Source: Octopus sinensis
Taxonomy: Eukaryota
Assembly: GCF_006345805.1 (NCBI RefSeq)
Contig: NC_043006.1
Coordinates: 81,530,001-81,594,000 of the forward strand
Direction: 5' to 3'
Length of the DNA stretch: 64,000 bases
Shown: positions 39,441 to 53,271 of the stretch, in pieces
How positions within the stretch are numbered: the stretch's first letter is position 1
Layout of the letters: each line of letters starts with the position of its first letter
Program-made: the position numbers and the translations under genes
Notes under the pieces: generated by a model
Seen by the model: the letters and a program-made list of their open reading frames with translations, nothing else
The model's database searches: none
What the model was told of the DNA's origin: nothing

Positions 39441-40372
39441 CTTAAAACAATAAAGATGATGATAGTATTTACAAGTGCAAGTGCTTCCAGTGACGTATTG
39501 ACGTTCGGCTTTTGTTCTTTCAAAAACACTAAAAACCCAGAAATTTCATGTAGCTTCATTGCGGTTGCTTCGAAGTTTGGATAGGAATTAACATTTTTTT
39601 CCCCACTACAATGGAACAGCCAATATACAAGTACTCCAGTCAAAGACGCCCTGTTTAGATGAAAGATATGTAAATACGTATAGTATATGTATGCAATATA
39701 TTACTTGGAAGCAAAGGCAAGAAAAACGAAAAGAAAAGAGAGAATGAAAAGCAATAGAATATTCTCTTGTACTTTGTTTCTTCATTAGAGTACGTCCATG
39801 CTGAGACACCGCCTCGTAGGGTTAGTCTAATAAATCGACTTCGTATCCCAATATCAGTTTTCCTTTTTACTTTATAAATGATACTCTACCTATCAGTCTG
39901 ACCGTCTCTCTCTTCCTTTCTCACTCTTTTCCTCTCCTCTCTCTCTCTCTCTCTCTCTCTTTCTCTACTTTTCTTTCTTTGGCATTTTCCACTTTCTGCC
40001 CCCCCCCATCTCTCTCACCTTCCGCTTAATATAAGGCTTCGTGCTTCATCTTATCTTCCTAATGCATAACAGAAGCAATCTTCAAATAAGTGACGTGTGA
40101 CTTGGCCATGACGAAACAGTTCGCATTGCAACGACGACGACTCGAGTTCGAACACACGACGCGTCCTCCTGAGCTAGTCTCGCCATCTACCGGTTCCACT
40201 TACAAGGCTTTGTCGGCTAAAGGCTGTAGTAGGGGACATTAAGCCAAGGTACCACATAGTGGGACTGAACCCGAAACCATGTAGTTGGGAAGCAAGCTTC
40301 TTACCACACATTCACACATATTTATACATGCATACATACATAAATACATACATACATACACACACATATATA

Positions 40373-40876
40373 TCTATATATATAAAACTCTAGTTGAGTG
40401 AGTGTCTGTCCCCTTCGATTTAGATTCCTAACTCCTCCCACATTTTGCGGTGCAGTTTATCCAAATTCGGGTATCTTATAGTCGTGATTCATATCGAGCC
40501 CGTCTGACTATTAGCGCGCGTCAACGATGAGTCTACGATTTTAAAAATAATTTAACATCATTTTTTATTCCATTTTAATGCATAAAATGCATCGTATGTC
40601 GATGGCGGCGGAGTTGGCGTCCACGCTCACAGCTGCACCTGTTTTGCTTTCTCCCCCTTCCGTCCCTCGTGAAGCTGTGAGAGGGAGTGTAAGGAAATCA
40701 ACGTCGTAATGCGTTGTGAAGGAAACCAGCGTTCTTTTAGAACAACGACTTCATAGCTTGAAGACACCAAACAAAAATGGCTAAGAAGGCCCGAATTTAT
40801 AAGGAAGTAACTCTCTAAAAATGCTTATATAGTTATTTCCCTTACAAACCCGAGCAACGCCGGGCGATACTGCTAG
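40373..40876 (+). mobile_element. Complete non-autonomous Helitron
   Basis: A|TCTATATATATAAAA 5' end; CCCG-agcaacgc-CGGG hairpin at 40849-40864; CTAG|T 3' end; no TSD. Confidence 0.88.
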
Positions 40877-40920
40877 TATATTATATATATATAATATATA
40901 TATATATATGTATAATACTA

Positions 40921-42785
<1,865 letters not shown>

Positions 42786-43069
42786 TTCTGTCTGTATGTT
42801 GTGTATGTGCATTGCTAAGAATGCTTGCGCATTTCTCAGCAGTGCCTTGTCTTCGTTCCCATCTTTCATTGATTATTCTGTATCTCCATCTTTCATTCAA
42901 GTGATTTGTTTTAAACGATATTACGCGAAATTTCAAACACATTTACTCCGCTATTATAGGTAACCTTAAATAAAAGGCCGTATCTTAATTAAGGTCGCCG
43001 AAGAGATGATTAATTACCTGATTAGCCTCCTTATCGTCCCCATCACTATAGTCGTCATCATCGGTTGTG

Positions 43070-43779
43070 ACAATCGTGGTGGTGCTGGTGGTTGTTGTGG
43101 ATGTGGTGGTTGTTGTGGTGGTGGTGGTTGTTGTGGTGGTGGTGGTTGTTGTGGTGGTGGTGGTGCTGCTGGTGGTTCTGGTGTGGTGGTGGTACTGCTG
43201 CTGCTGGTTGTGGTGTGGTAGTAGTGGTGGTGGTGGTGGTGGTGGTACTGTGGCGGTAGTGGTGTGGTGGTGGTGGTGGTGGTTGTGGCGGCAACGGCGG
43301 TGGCAGTAGTGGTGCTTGTGGCCGTGGTGGTGGTAGAGGTGGTGGCGGTGGCTAAGATAGAGGTGATGCTTGTGGTTGTTATGTTGCTGTGGTGGTGGTG
43401 GTGGTGATAGTATCGGCGGCAGCGGCGGTGGTGTGGTATGATTGTAGTGATGATGTGGTTGATTATGTTGTTGCTGTTGCTGTTGCTGATGTTGTTGTTA
43501 TTGTGGTTTTGGGTGGTGGTGGTGGTGGTGGTGGTGGTGGTGATGGTGGCCTTATTGGTATGACGATGGTGGTGAAGAAGCAGTGTTAGTTGTGTGATGG
43601 TGATGTTAGTGATGAAGATGGTGTTGGGAGGTTGTAGATGTGGTGATGATCGATAACATAGTAGAGTTAATCAGTGGTGGTAGTAGTGGTGGTAGTGGTA
43701 GTGTGGTGGTGGTAGTGCGGCGAAAGTTGTATTAGACATGGTATTAGCTAGTTACTTTGTTTAGCTTGTGATGCTGATA

Positions 43780-43810
<31 letters not shown>

Positions 43811-43855
43811 TGGTGGCGGTGGTGGTGGTGGTGGTGGTGGTGGTGGTGGTGGTGT
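43070..43855 (+). repeat. Degenerate (GGT)n/(GGC)n/(GTT)n trinucleotide array
   Basis: Seen directly. Confidence 0.92.
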
Positions 43856-44059
43856 ATGAGATAGCTTTAGCTACAGTTAGTTGGTTAGCGTTCATTCGCT
43901 CATTCATCCGTTCATTCATTCCTTTATTCGCTCGTTCGCTCGTTCCTTCGTTTGGCTTGCTTATTCCGTCCTTCGTTCCTTTTCTTTGTTCCTTCATTAA
44001 GTAGATCTAAAAATAGTTGAATGATGAACTGACCAATCTTTTATCTTTTACTTTTTTTT

Positions 44060-44680
44060 TCTTTTACTTGTTTCAGTCGTTAGACTGCGGTCATGCTGGG
44101 GCACCGACTTGAAGAGTCTTTAGTCGAATGAATCCATCCTAGTACTTCTTTTTTTTCTTTTTCTACACACACAGACATATATATATATATTCCTTTATTC
44201 TTTTACTTCAGTCATTTGACCGCGACCATGCTGGAGCACCACCTTTAGTCGAGAAAATCGACCTCAAGACTTATTCTTTGTAAGCCTAGTACTGTTTTAT
44301 CGAGCCGCTAAGTTACGGAGACGTAAACACACCACCATCGGTTGTCAAGCGATGTTGGGTGAGGGACAAACAGATGCACAAACATATACACACACGTATA
44401 CACATATATATATATACGACGGGCTTCTTTCAGTTTCCGTCTATCAAATCCACTCACAAGGCTTTGGTCGGCCCGAGGTTATAGTAGAAGACACTTGCTC
44501 AAGGTGCCATGACAACGGGCTTCTTTCAGTTTTCAGTCTACGAAATTCACTCAAAATGCATTGGTCGGCCCAAGGCTATAGTAGAAGATACTTACCCAGG
44601 GTGCCACGCAGTGAGACTGAACCCAGAATCATATAGTTGAGTTGCAAGCTTCTTACGACACAGCCATGCTTGCGCCTAAT
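44060..44680 (-). mobile_element. Cluster of family A SINE pieces (tail, body, second 5' half)
   Basis: The ACGGGCTTCTTTCAGTTT...AGGTGCCA module occurs twice, near 44418 and 44515. Confidence 0.85.
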
Positions 44681-45059
44681 GTACAAGAAAATATTGTACT
44701 TGTTTGTTTTTCTTTGTTCGTGTTCTTTAGCCCATGGTCAACGCTGATCGCTTAAACAGAACTATGCTGAGCATCATTCCAATTATGGCCATCACTACCA
44801 CTACAGCTACCACCATCATTATCGTCATCACCATGATTGCATGGTGCAATGTGGTCTTCTTTGTTCAAAGCGATATTCTTCCATTCGTTTACCTGTTTCA
44901 GGCATTTGGCAGCTATGGCACGGCCTAGGGTGCGGCCTAGGGCATTGCCTTGGCGGGATTAGCTTGATCGAATCGACCCCAGTACTTATATTAAGTTTGG
45001 CACATCACATCACAACACACCACCCACACACCAGCACTGACCAATTCCCATCCCCATAT

Positions 45060-45420
45060 TTTCACACCTACACATACATACACGGACACGTTCAGACCAC
45101 CAGCCCTCTTTCACACGCACATACGTACTCTCTTATACACACACGCACCTTCGAGTTGGGGGGGTCATATTTACTTTATCTCCCCTACTTCTTCGCTCCC
45201 CTGTGTGACCCTTCTGTCCGGCAGTCCCCATGATACATCGTTAGCCACTACACACATTTTTTTCCTCCTTGTTTCTCTCCTTGTTTTTTTTCTGTGTCCC
45301 TTTCTGTAGAAGAGCGTAGGCTCGAAACGTAAAAGATTTTTTTCCATTCGTGAACGTTATGCTAATACATCTGTTTGTTTTGTACACCACCTGTCTTCGT
45401 CTATTGTTTTTTTCGGGAAC
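45060..45420 (+). mobile_element. Probable Penelope-like terminal fragment
   Basis: Shares its 3' block with 27020-27150. Confidence 0.55.
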
Positions 45421-45430
45421 TCCCCCCCCC

Positions 45431-45478
<48 letters not shown>

Positions 45479-46134
45479 CATACATGTATACATATGGTGT
45501 TAATGTCATCAAATGTCATTCAATCATTGAACTTAGGACACCGAGGGAAATAGTGTTATAGCTGTTTGGGTATTTTTTTTCTAGTACTGGATATAGTACG
45601 CCCTAAACAGCAAATTATAACTTTGTAAAAAGTTGTTTAAAATCTACGTTTATGCTGTGGTAAAACTTATACGTAAAGAAGTTGCCTATATCACTTCAGA
45701 TATTTAGTGTTTGTTAATCGAAACTTTGAAAATAAAACAATTATTATTTGTAATATAGTTTAAGAGGGGCTAGCATGGGGGTTGATCTGGAAGAAAACTG
45801 AAATGTTTTTACCTTTAATCACATTCAGCACTTATTTATTAATGACATGTCGTTTTGGAAATAATGACAAGGGACACTATTTACGGGTTTTGCCTTAAGG
45901 AATGCATAAGAAATGCAGAAGTGTTGCAAATTCTTGATACAGATATTTAACCTCTACAACTCGTGTTGCGTGTTCTTTTCTTTCGTTTTTATACCTGGGG
46001 GTTATACATGGAAGCAAATAAACATGCGTAACGTGCATAAACACACGCACACGCAGATATACAAATGCACATTCATTCACACCTTATTCGATTATATATA
46101 TACATGTGTGGGGATGGGGGAATGGGGCGTGTGT

Positions 46135-47188
46135 GTGTTATTATTCAGCTTCATTTCGAGATTTCTTGCCAATAGAGAAAGTGTCCGTTCCTAACCTAGA
46201 CCCAAGGCTCCTTCACTGGAATTTCAACATCAACAATAGAGTATTTTTGCATGCATGCATGCATGCATGCATGTATGTATGTATGTATGTATGTATGTAT
46301 GTATGTATGTATGTATGTATGTATGTATGTATGTATGTATGTATGTATGTATGTATGTATGTATGTATGTATGTATGTATGTATGTATGTATGTATGCAT
46401 GCATGCATGCATACATATGCATACATATGTATGTATGTATACGTGCAGATTTGTATGTTTTGTTTTATGTATGTATTCTCATGCATATATTTGCATATCT
46501 AAACATGCTAATATTTATTTAAATGATAAACTTCTGGATAGTTTTGCAGATTTTTTCTGTAGTCTTCGAATCTGCTTTCTCCTTTCTGGTTTTGAGAAGC
46601 CTAATTTCTCAAGATTGGTATTTAGACAGGCTTTTACATATCCCAGGGCCCCAATAATTACAGGCATAAACCTGAACTTGTAATCTGGATAGAATAATTG
46701 CAGATTTCTCGATAGTTCACCTTAGGTATCCTCTTTTTCATTGATCTTCAGCTTTATGTTAACATCCGCTGGGCAGCTGATTGCCACAACTGTACATAGT
46801 TTCTTCTCTCTGCCCAAATCATTATATCAGGTGTGTTATGTTTACATTTTATTGAGGTTTTCACCGGTACATTCCACCAGTATCCCTTTTCATTATGAGT
46901 GACTATGGCTTCTATCCTACTGTGGGTTCTTATTTCATTGTCCTCGGGGTTGTTCTTTCGAAACATCTCATTATGCAGTGTCCCAAGCTATAACATTATG
47001 TCTCGTCGGTGGATAATAACGTGAAGACATTTTTGGACAACTGTTTATGATGTGGACGATATCTTCGGTGTTAACTCCACCAAGTCTGCTTCGGTTGCCA
47101 TAGTTTACTGCTTTTCCTGAATCTCTGTCCCTTTTGTGCATTGGGTATTTGCTTGATATTTCTTTTTCCTGGATTGCAAATGCATACC
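46135..47188 (-). mobile_element. R4/Dong-type LINE 3' end (degenerate CCHC knuckle, REL endonuclease, 3'UTR)
   Basis: YAFAIQEKEI...RLGGVNTEDIVHIINSCPKMSSRYY..RH; YWWNVPVKTSIKCKHNTPDIMIW (PD motif); ...ICKTIQKFII* with stop at 46521-46519. Confidence 0.85.
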
Positions 47189-47189
47189 C

Positions 47190-47824
47190 TTGATTAGCTC
47201 CGAGAGGCGATCGCCTCTAGCAAGCTATAAGATGCAGATCTGTGCGTCCATCAACCTTCGAACAGGGGAGGTTATCAACTTGTCCTTGCTGGTTTGGCAT
47301 CCACAGACCGGATTCGGGGTAATTTATCAATGTGGAGCAGCATAGTCCAGCACTTCGAACAGAGGTCAACAGCGACCTCTGCTGGACTCAGCTACTCCAC
47401 ATTGATAAGGGGAAATTACCCCGAAACCGGTCTGTGGATGCCAAACCAGCAAGGACAAGTTGATAACCTCTCCTGTTCGAAGGTTGATGTACGCACAAAT
47501 CTACATCTTATAGCTAGCTAGACGAATAATACCCAGTACTGCTGCTTTAGAGAGAGTTAGAAACTATAACATTTCTATTTCCGAAAATCAGTGAATGTGT
47601 TTCACTGAATATATATATAATTAAAACCTTAGAACAGAGTACAACAGCAACCGTTCTGGACTCGGCTGCTCCACATTCATAAGGGGCAATTACTCCGGAA
47701 CCGGTTTGTGGTTGCCAAGCCAGCAAGGGGAAGTTGAAGACCTCTCCTGTTCGAAGGGGATTTGTGACGCAGATTTGTGCGTCATATAGCCAGCTAGAGG
47801 CGATCGCTTCTCGGAGCTAATCAA
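47190..47824. mobile_element. Foldback element: ~145-bp inverted arms plus a third arm copy
   Basis: 47216-47367 pairs with 47374-47522; the termini TTGATTAGCTCCGAG (47190) and CTCGGAGCTAATCAA (47824) are inverted. Confidence 0.85.
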
Positions 47825-48759
47825 TAGCAGCATTCTTCCTATTTCTCTGGACTGACACGTTAGTTTGGCAATAAGTATTAATAATTTAAGAATAGTTGCT
47901 TTCAAATCTAATTTGTTTTACAGTTAACATCTGTTTTATAACACTCACGCAAATTAATTTGCGCTCTATACATTCGAAAACAGGGGAAGATTCGGGGATA
48001 GAATTCTTTCTATATTTATCAGACTGGAATCTTTTGTTAGATGACGAAAATCTTAGCGAAATAGTATGTTATATTTTTGACAAGTAATCAAGGGTTTCTG
48101 TATTTATCTAATGTGAATATTTCAGAAGATTGCTCTTCTCTTTTACCATGCTATATTTGGCAATAGAACCAATCCAAGAGTTCTGTTTTTTCTTTGTTGT
48201 TTTGTATATCAGTTTATACATATTTCAAAGATGCAACGTATAAGTACTGTATATATATATATATAGTAACCAAATGTCCCCCTAGATTTTATAGCTATAT
48301 TTATCGCAAATAATCGAAGTATTTCTCGTGTGTATACTGGAGATCACGTTCGTTATTTACCATAAATAATCGAGTTTCCTTATCAGGAAATATTTCAATT
48401 AAGATGATGCATTGTACGGGGTAAGTTCGAGAAGAGGAAATGAACGTTGGAGATAACTTCCATTGAAGTAACTTTGATAGAAATTTTACATTTCTGGCAG
48501 ATGGTGATTGCCTTTTTACTTCTTTCTTTCTTTGTTTAGTTTTGTTGCCTTTTTTTTTATATAGTAGCAACGAAAATATACAGTTGCCTGCTTTACGCAT
48601 GTCATATTGCCTGAGGTTAAACACCATGAACAACTTCTAAACATCGATATTAATTTCATTGCAACAGAAGCCTCCTCCATTTGAATTTGCCGAGCACATG
48701 ACCAGCAGATATAAATCTCCCTATATAATAATAGCAGAAAGGTAATCTTGATCGCCAAC

Positions 48760-48996
48760 TTGTGTTAGAACACACTATACGCAGATTGTGTTAGAACACA
48801 CTATACTACGTTATTTAACTTGAGAGAATCTCTCATAAGAATTCATGGCACATAAAAGCATCCATCATGATATCATTGACAGATAAGAATCGTCAGCTAC
48901 GGCCGCCGGAACTGCCAGATCACGAGTGCTTTATGTATCACGAGTTCTTGTGACATTCTCTCAGAGTAAATAACGGAGTATTGTGTTCTAACACAG
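48760..48996. mobile_element. MITE-like element with ~60-bp imperfect TIRs and duplicated left tip
   Basis: TGTGTTAGAACACA at 48761 and 48787; inverted TGTGTTCTAACACA ending at 48995. Confidence 0.7.
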
Positions 48997-49556
48997 CCTC
49001 CTTAATACTGTTCTGTCGCTATTAATCATTTGATAATAACTAATAGAAACGCTGGTTGGTCGGCTAGTCGGTAGATTGGTTGCTTTCTTTATACACGTTT
49101 TACATCATATAGAGAGAGTGGTATAGACGGTAGAAGAGCTATGTTGAATGAGTTAACATAAGAGGTGCGGAATGGGTGCTCGTATGAGGCTTGGGAGCAG
49201 GCAATGGTAATTTTTAGAAGACTGCAATTTTCTTAATGAAATATGCAATCATGTGTTTGAAATAGAGCAGATTATGGACAATAAAACTGCGAAAGATAAG
49301 ATTTATTGCTTATGTTGAAATGAGAAAATTTCCTATATGATTAAATTTTAAGGTAATAAATACTTTTCGCTTGAATATTAGTATTCATTTCATTATTTTA
49401 TATAAGAACCAGGCTATTTCATAAAAGTTAGATCATAATTATTGAACCTGTGCCATATTTCCTAATATAATCCATAGTGAAAAACAAAATGTTTACTTCC
49501 AGAGTTACCCGCCCTCGACGGGTGATACTCTCTTGATCACCTCAAACAGCAACAAC

Positions 49557-49915
49557 AGGAGGCGCAATGGCCCCAGTGGTTAGGGCAGCGGACTCGCGGT
49601 CAGAGGATCGCAGTTTCGATTCCCAGACCGGGCGTTGTGTGTGTTTATTGAGCGAAAACACCTAAAGCTTCACGAGGCTCCCTGTTATACTCTTTCACTC
49701 CAACTTTCTCTTCACTCTTTCTTCCTGTTTCTTGTCCCCGACTTCCTGCGCAACCGCTGAGCCTGGATGCGCATTCATACATCCGTCGATGTTCTCTGTG
49801 TCGCGGGTTGACCTGCTTTCACTTCTGCGGGTCTTACGAATAGCAAAGGACCACGTTTCGGACTTCTCCCATCTTACGAGCTCTGGGACGAAGACCGTTC
49901 GCTCAACAGCAACAG
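49557..49915 (+). mobile_element. SINE family C, tail type 3
   Basis: Same head as 33277; diverges after CCTGTTTCT into an unrelated 3' module ending in (CAA)-rich sequence. Confidence 0.8.
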
Positions 49916-50380
49916 CAACAACAATAGAAAAGACATACGCTTCTAATGATTACTAATTTATTTCTTCTGTTCGTTCTCCTAAATAATTTTTTTCTAATTA
50001 TATGTTTCAACATAAAAGAAAAAATTAGAATACTGCTGAAAAAATGAAATACTAAACCATTTTTCTCTTTTGTCCGTTCTTGAAGCCTCTTTTCCTCAAT
50101 GCGATCCTTTTTTTTCTAATTTCTTTAACTGGAAGTCAACTTCGCTGTAAACGTCAATACTCTAGTCTCACCGCGACATACGGAATTTTCCTAAGTTGTA
50201 GACCTTATTAGATGCATTTCACTGATGCAGATCACAACTAATACTCTAATTCGAATGAAAAAATTAAATAGTTCGATGTGATATTTGCAGAGATGAAACA
50301 AGTAAAGTTGAAGCAAAATACCAAGTGGAACCGTTGTTGTCGAAACTCTCTTCACTTACTCAATGATATTTTCTATAACC

Positions 50381-50615
50381 TATTTCTTTACTACCCACAA
50401 GGGGCTAAACACAGAGAGGACAAACAAGGACAGACAAACGGATTAAGTCGATTATATTTCGACCCCAGTGCGTAACTGGTACTTAATTTATCGACCCCGA
50501 AAGGATGAAAGGCAAAGTCGACCTCGGCGGAATTTGAACTCAGAACATAACGGCAGACGAAATACGGCTACGCATTTCGCCCGGCGTGCTAACGTTTCTG
50601 CCAGCTCGCCGCCTA
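50381..50615 (-). mobile_element. SINE family B, full length, 15-bp TSD
   Basis: ATATTTTCTATAACC at 50366-50380 and 50616-50630. Confidence 0.93.
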
Positions 50616-51058
50616 ATATTTTCTATAACCGGTACCCTGTTGTTGTTCGCAAGAGTGTCTAGAAATAGCTGCATTAATACAAAACGCCAATGCACATCTT
50701 TGTTTATCTTTCCTCAGATTACTTCGGATCTTGTCAACATTTTATCTTGTGTCGATATAAAAAAATACGAACTGTTTCGTTGTTTGAATTTTCTACTTAT
50801 TATATGAGTGATGTCATCCATCTTCCATCTTAGCTGATACTGTCTGTTGACGTCACAGTTCAAGAGATGATTCTCGTACCGAATGGTTAACTACTACGTT
50901 AAAGTGGAGATAACCCAATCGCACAATTCGCTACTCGCAGCACTTCCGTTTTGTGTTGCACATTGCAAAAACCACGTCTCCTTCTTCAAATTATCCTTGT
51001 GTATTAGTGAAAAATCATCATCACCACCACCACCATCACCACCACCACCACCACCACC

Positions 51059-51091
<33 letters not shown>

Positions 51092-51724
51092 GTTTTTGTT
51101 GTTGCTGTTATTAATATTGACAACAGGGTATTGGTAATGTAACCGGTTTAATTATTCTTTCTATCGAACTACGGGTCATGGTCTTGGATGAGAAGACATT
51201 TTAATTTCTATCTCCTATACAAAAGGGATTTTCTGTTTTTCTTTTTTCCTTCATTTCTGTTCTTTTATTTATTTATTTTTTTTTTTGAGAAGTCACCGTA
51301 CAGTTCTAGCTTAACCAAGAAAATAGGTTTTCTGCACTGCAACCGGTGGCAGATACAGGCCTAATTTTCCAAGGCTTTCTCTATTCTTTATCACAGTTTG
51401 CAAGGCTCTAATGATGAGAATAGAATCCTGTGAGTGTGTGTGTGTATGTGTGTGTGCATGCGTCCGTACATTCTTGTGTGTGTCTATGTGTGTGTGTGTG
51501 CACGCGTATATACTTGTGTATGTGTGTGTGCTTGTTAATTTACGCCCTCATACCTTAGTATTTGGACAAAAGTCCAATCGAATACGTACCGGGCTTTAAA
51601 AAGTAAGCTCTGTGGCCGATTCATTTGACTAAAATTATTCAAGACGGTGCCCCAGCATGGCCGCAGACCGATAACTGAAACTACTAAAAGATAAATGATA
51701 TAATTTCCGACACCTAAGTGTTAT

Positions 51725-52098
51725 GGATGGAAGCACTCCGTCGGTTACGACGACGAGGGTTCCGGTTGATCCGATCAACGGAACAGCCTGCTCGTGAAAT
51801 TAACGTGTAAGTGGCTGAGCACTCAACAGACACGTGTACCCTTAACGTAGTTCTCGGGGATATTCAGCGTGACACAGAGAGTGACAAGACCGGCCCTTTG
51901 AAATACAGGTACAACAGAAACAGGAAGTAAGAGTGAGAGAAAGTTGTGGTGAAAGAGTACAGCAGGGATCACCACCATCCCTGCCGGAGCCTTGTGGAGC
52001 TTTTAGGTGTTTTCGCTCAATAAACACTCACAACGCCCGGTCTGGGAATCGAAACCGCGAGTCCGCTGCCCTAACCACTGGGCCATTGCGCCTCCACT
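51725..52098 (-). mobile_element. SINE family C, tail type 1, 13-bp TSD
   Basis: ACCTAAGTGTTAT at 51712-51724 and 52099-52111. Confidence 0.93.
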
Positions 52099-52412
52099 AC
52101 CTAAGTGTTATATCTATTTAGCGTATACTACAACAGTTTGTACATCTTCAATGTCAACAATTCTTTTATTAAAAGCGTACGTTTTTCGACATTCGTGCTT
52201 CTTTCAATGAATTGTAGACGTAATAAAAAAAAGCAGCTTTGAATAGAGACCCTGTTTTACAGTCTGTTGATCGTGTTGGTTTGACTTTCATTCGTCAGGT
52301 TTATTGACAATTTCTTAACAGTTGTAGTGTTATAAAAGTCAAAAATATTTTTTCGGAGGAAAACATCCTTTGGAACTTAAAAATTTGAATTTCTTTTATT
52401 TTCCAACTCTCA

Positions 52413-52472
<60 letters not shown>

Positions 52473-53174
52473 ATTTTGTCAAGTCAGAAATTTTCAATGA
52501 AGTCAAACCATGAGTTTTAGACCGAAATAATCCAAATTTTTTCCATCACAAATTTCCTCATTCGGCGCTGGCTTTGCTGAAGCTCGCTTTGCACTCACAT
52601 AATTTCGGGTTCCATCCCACTGCTCGCTACCTATGGCCAGTATCTTCAACTATAGCCCAGAGTCAACGAATATCTTGTGAGAAAATTTGGTAGCCGAAAA
52701 CCATGTGAAAACCCGTTGTATATATGTATATATATGAATCTAGTATTTATATGTATTAGTGTGTCTTTGTGTTTGTGTTCGTCCTCTATCTCCCACCGTA
52801 GCAGTTCGGCTACAGGGATCGTCGGAATAAGGAATGGTGTACATTTGTTCGACTAAACCCCATGGCCGCAGTCTTGTGAAATAAGTGAAAATGTAAAAAC
52901 ATAAAACATAAAAGAAACGAAGATATCCATTCAATAACATTTGTTCCCTAATCTTTAGATTATGTGTTCAAATCCCGCCAAGGTTAACTTTGCCTTTCAT
53001 AATTTTGGAATCGATAATATAAGTACCAGTCAAATACTTAAGCCAATGTGATCGATTTATCCTCTCTCCTCAAAATTTCTGGCATTATGTGTAAATCAGA
53101 AGCCATTACTGATATAAGTGAAGTGAATTGCTTTTAACATGAAGTCAAACTGGCATGCGGAAATATCTCACCAG

Positions 53175-53271
53175 TTTGTTCGCTTCTGTCAATGGCGTTC
53201 TGTTTATGACGTCATAAATATCATTAAAGATTCATTGAAATCATCGACAGCAGCATCAATGGAGAAGCCAG
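53175..53271 (+). CDS. Candidate coding exon, unknown protein
   Basis: CTCACCAG acceptor, FVRFCQWRSVYDVINIIKDSLKSSTAASMEKP, CAG|GTGGGT donor. Confidence 0.2.

Noticed and set aside
48022-48420. Plus-strand micro-exon candidates (DWNLLLDDENLSEI; GNISIKMMHCTG) and an overlapping minus-strand 110-aa ORF
   Set aside because: Mutually conflicting models in T-rich DNA with no recognisable homology.
50886-50983. Minus-strand WFLQCATQNG...DWV, resembling the ARF C-terminus
   Set aside because: Spacing does not match ARF, the donor is weak and no other GTPase motifs were found.
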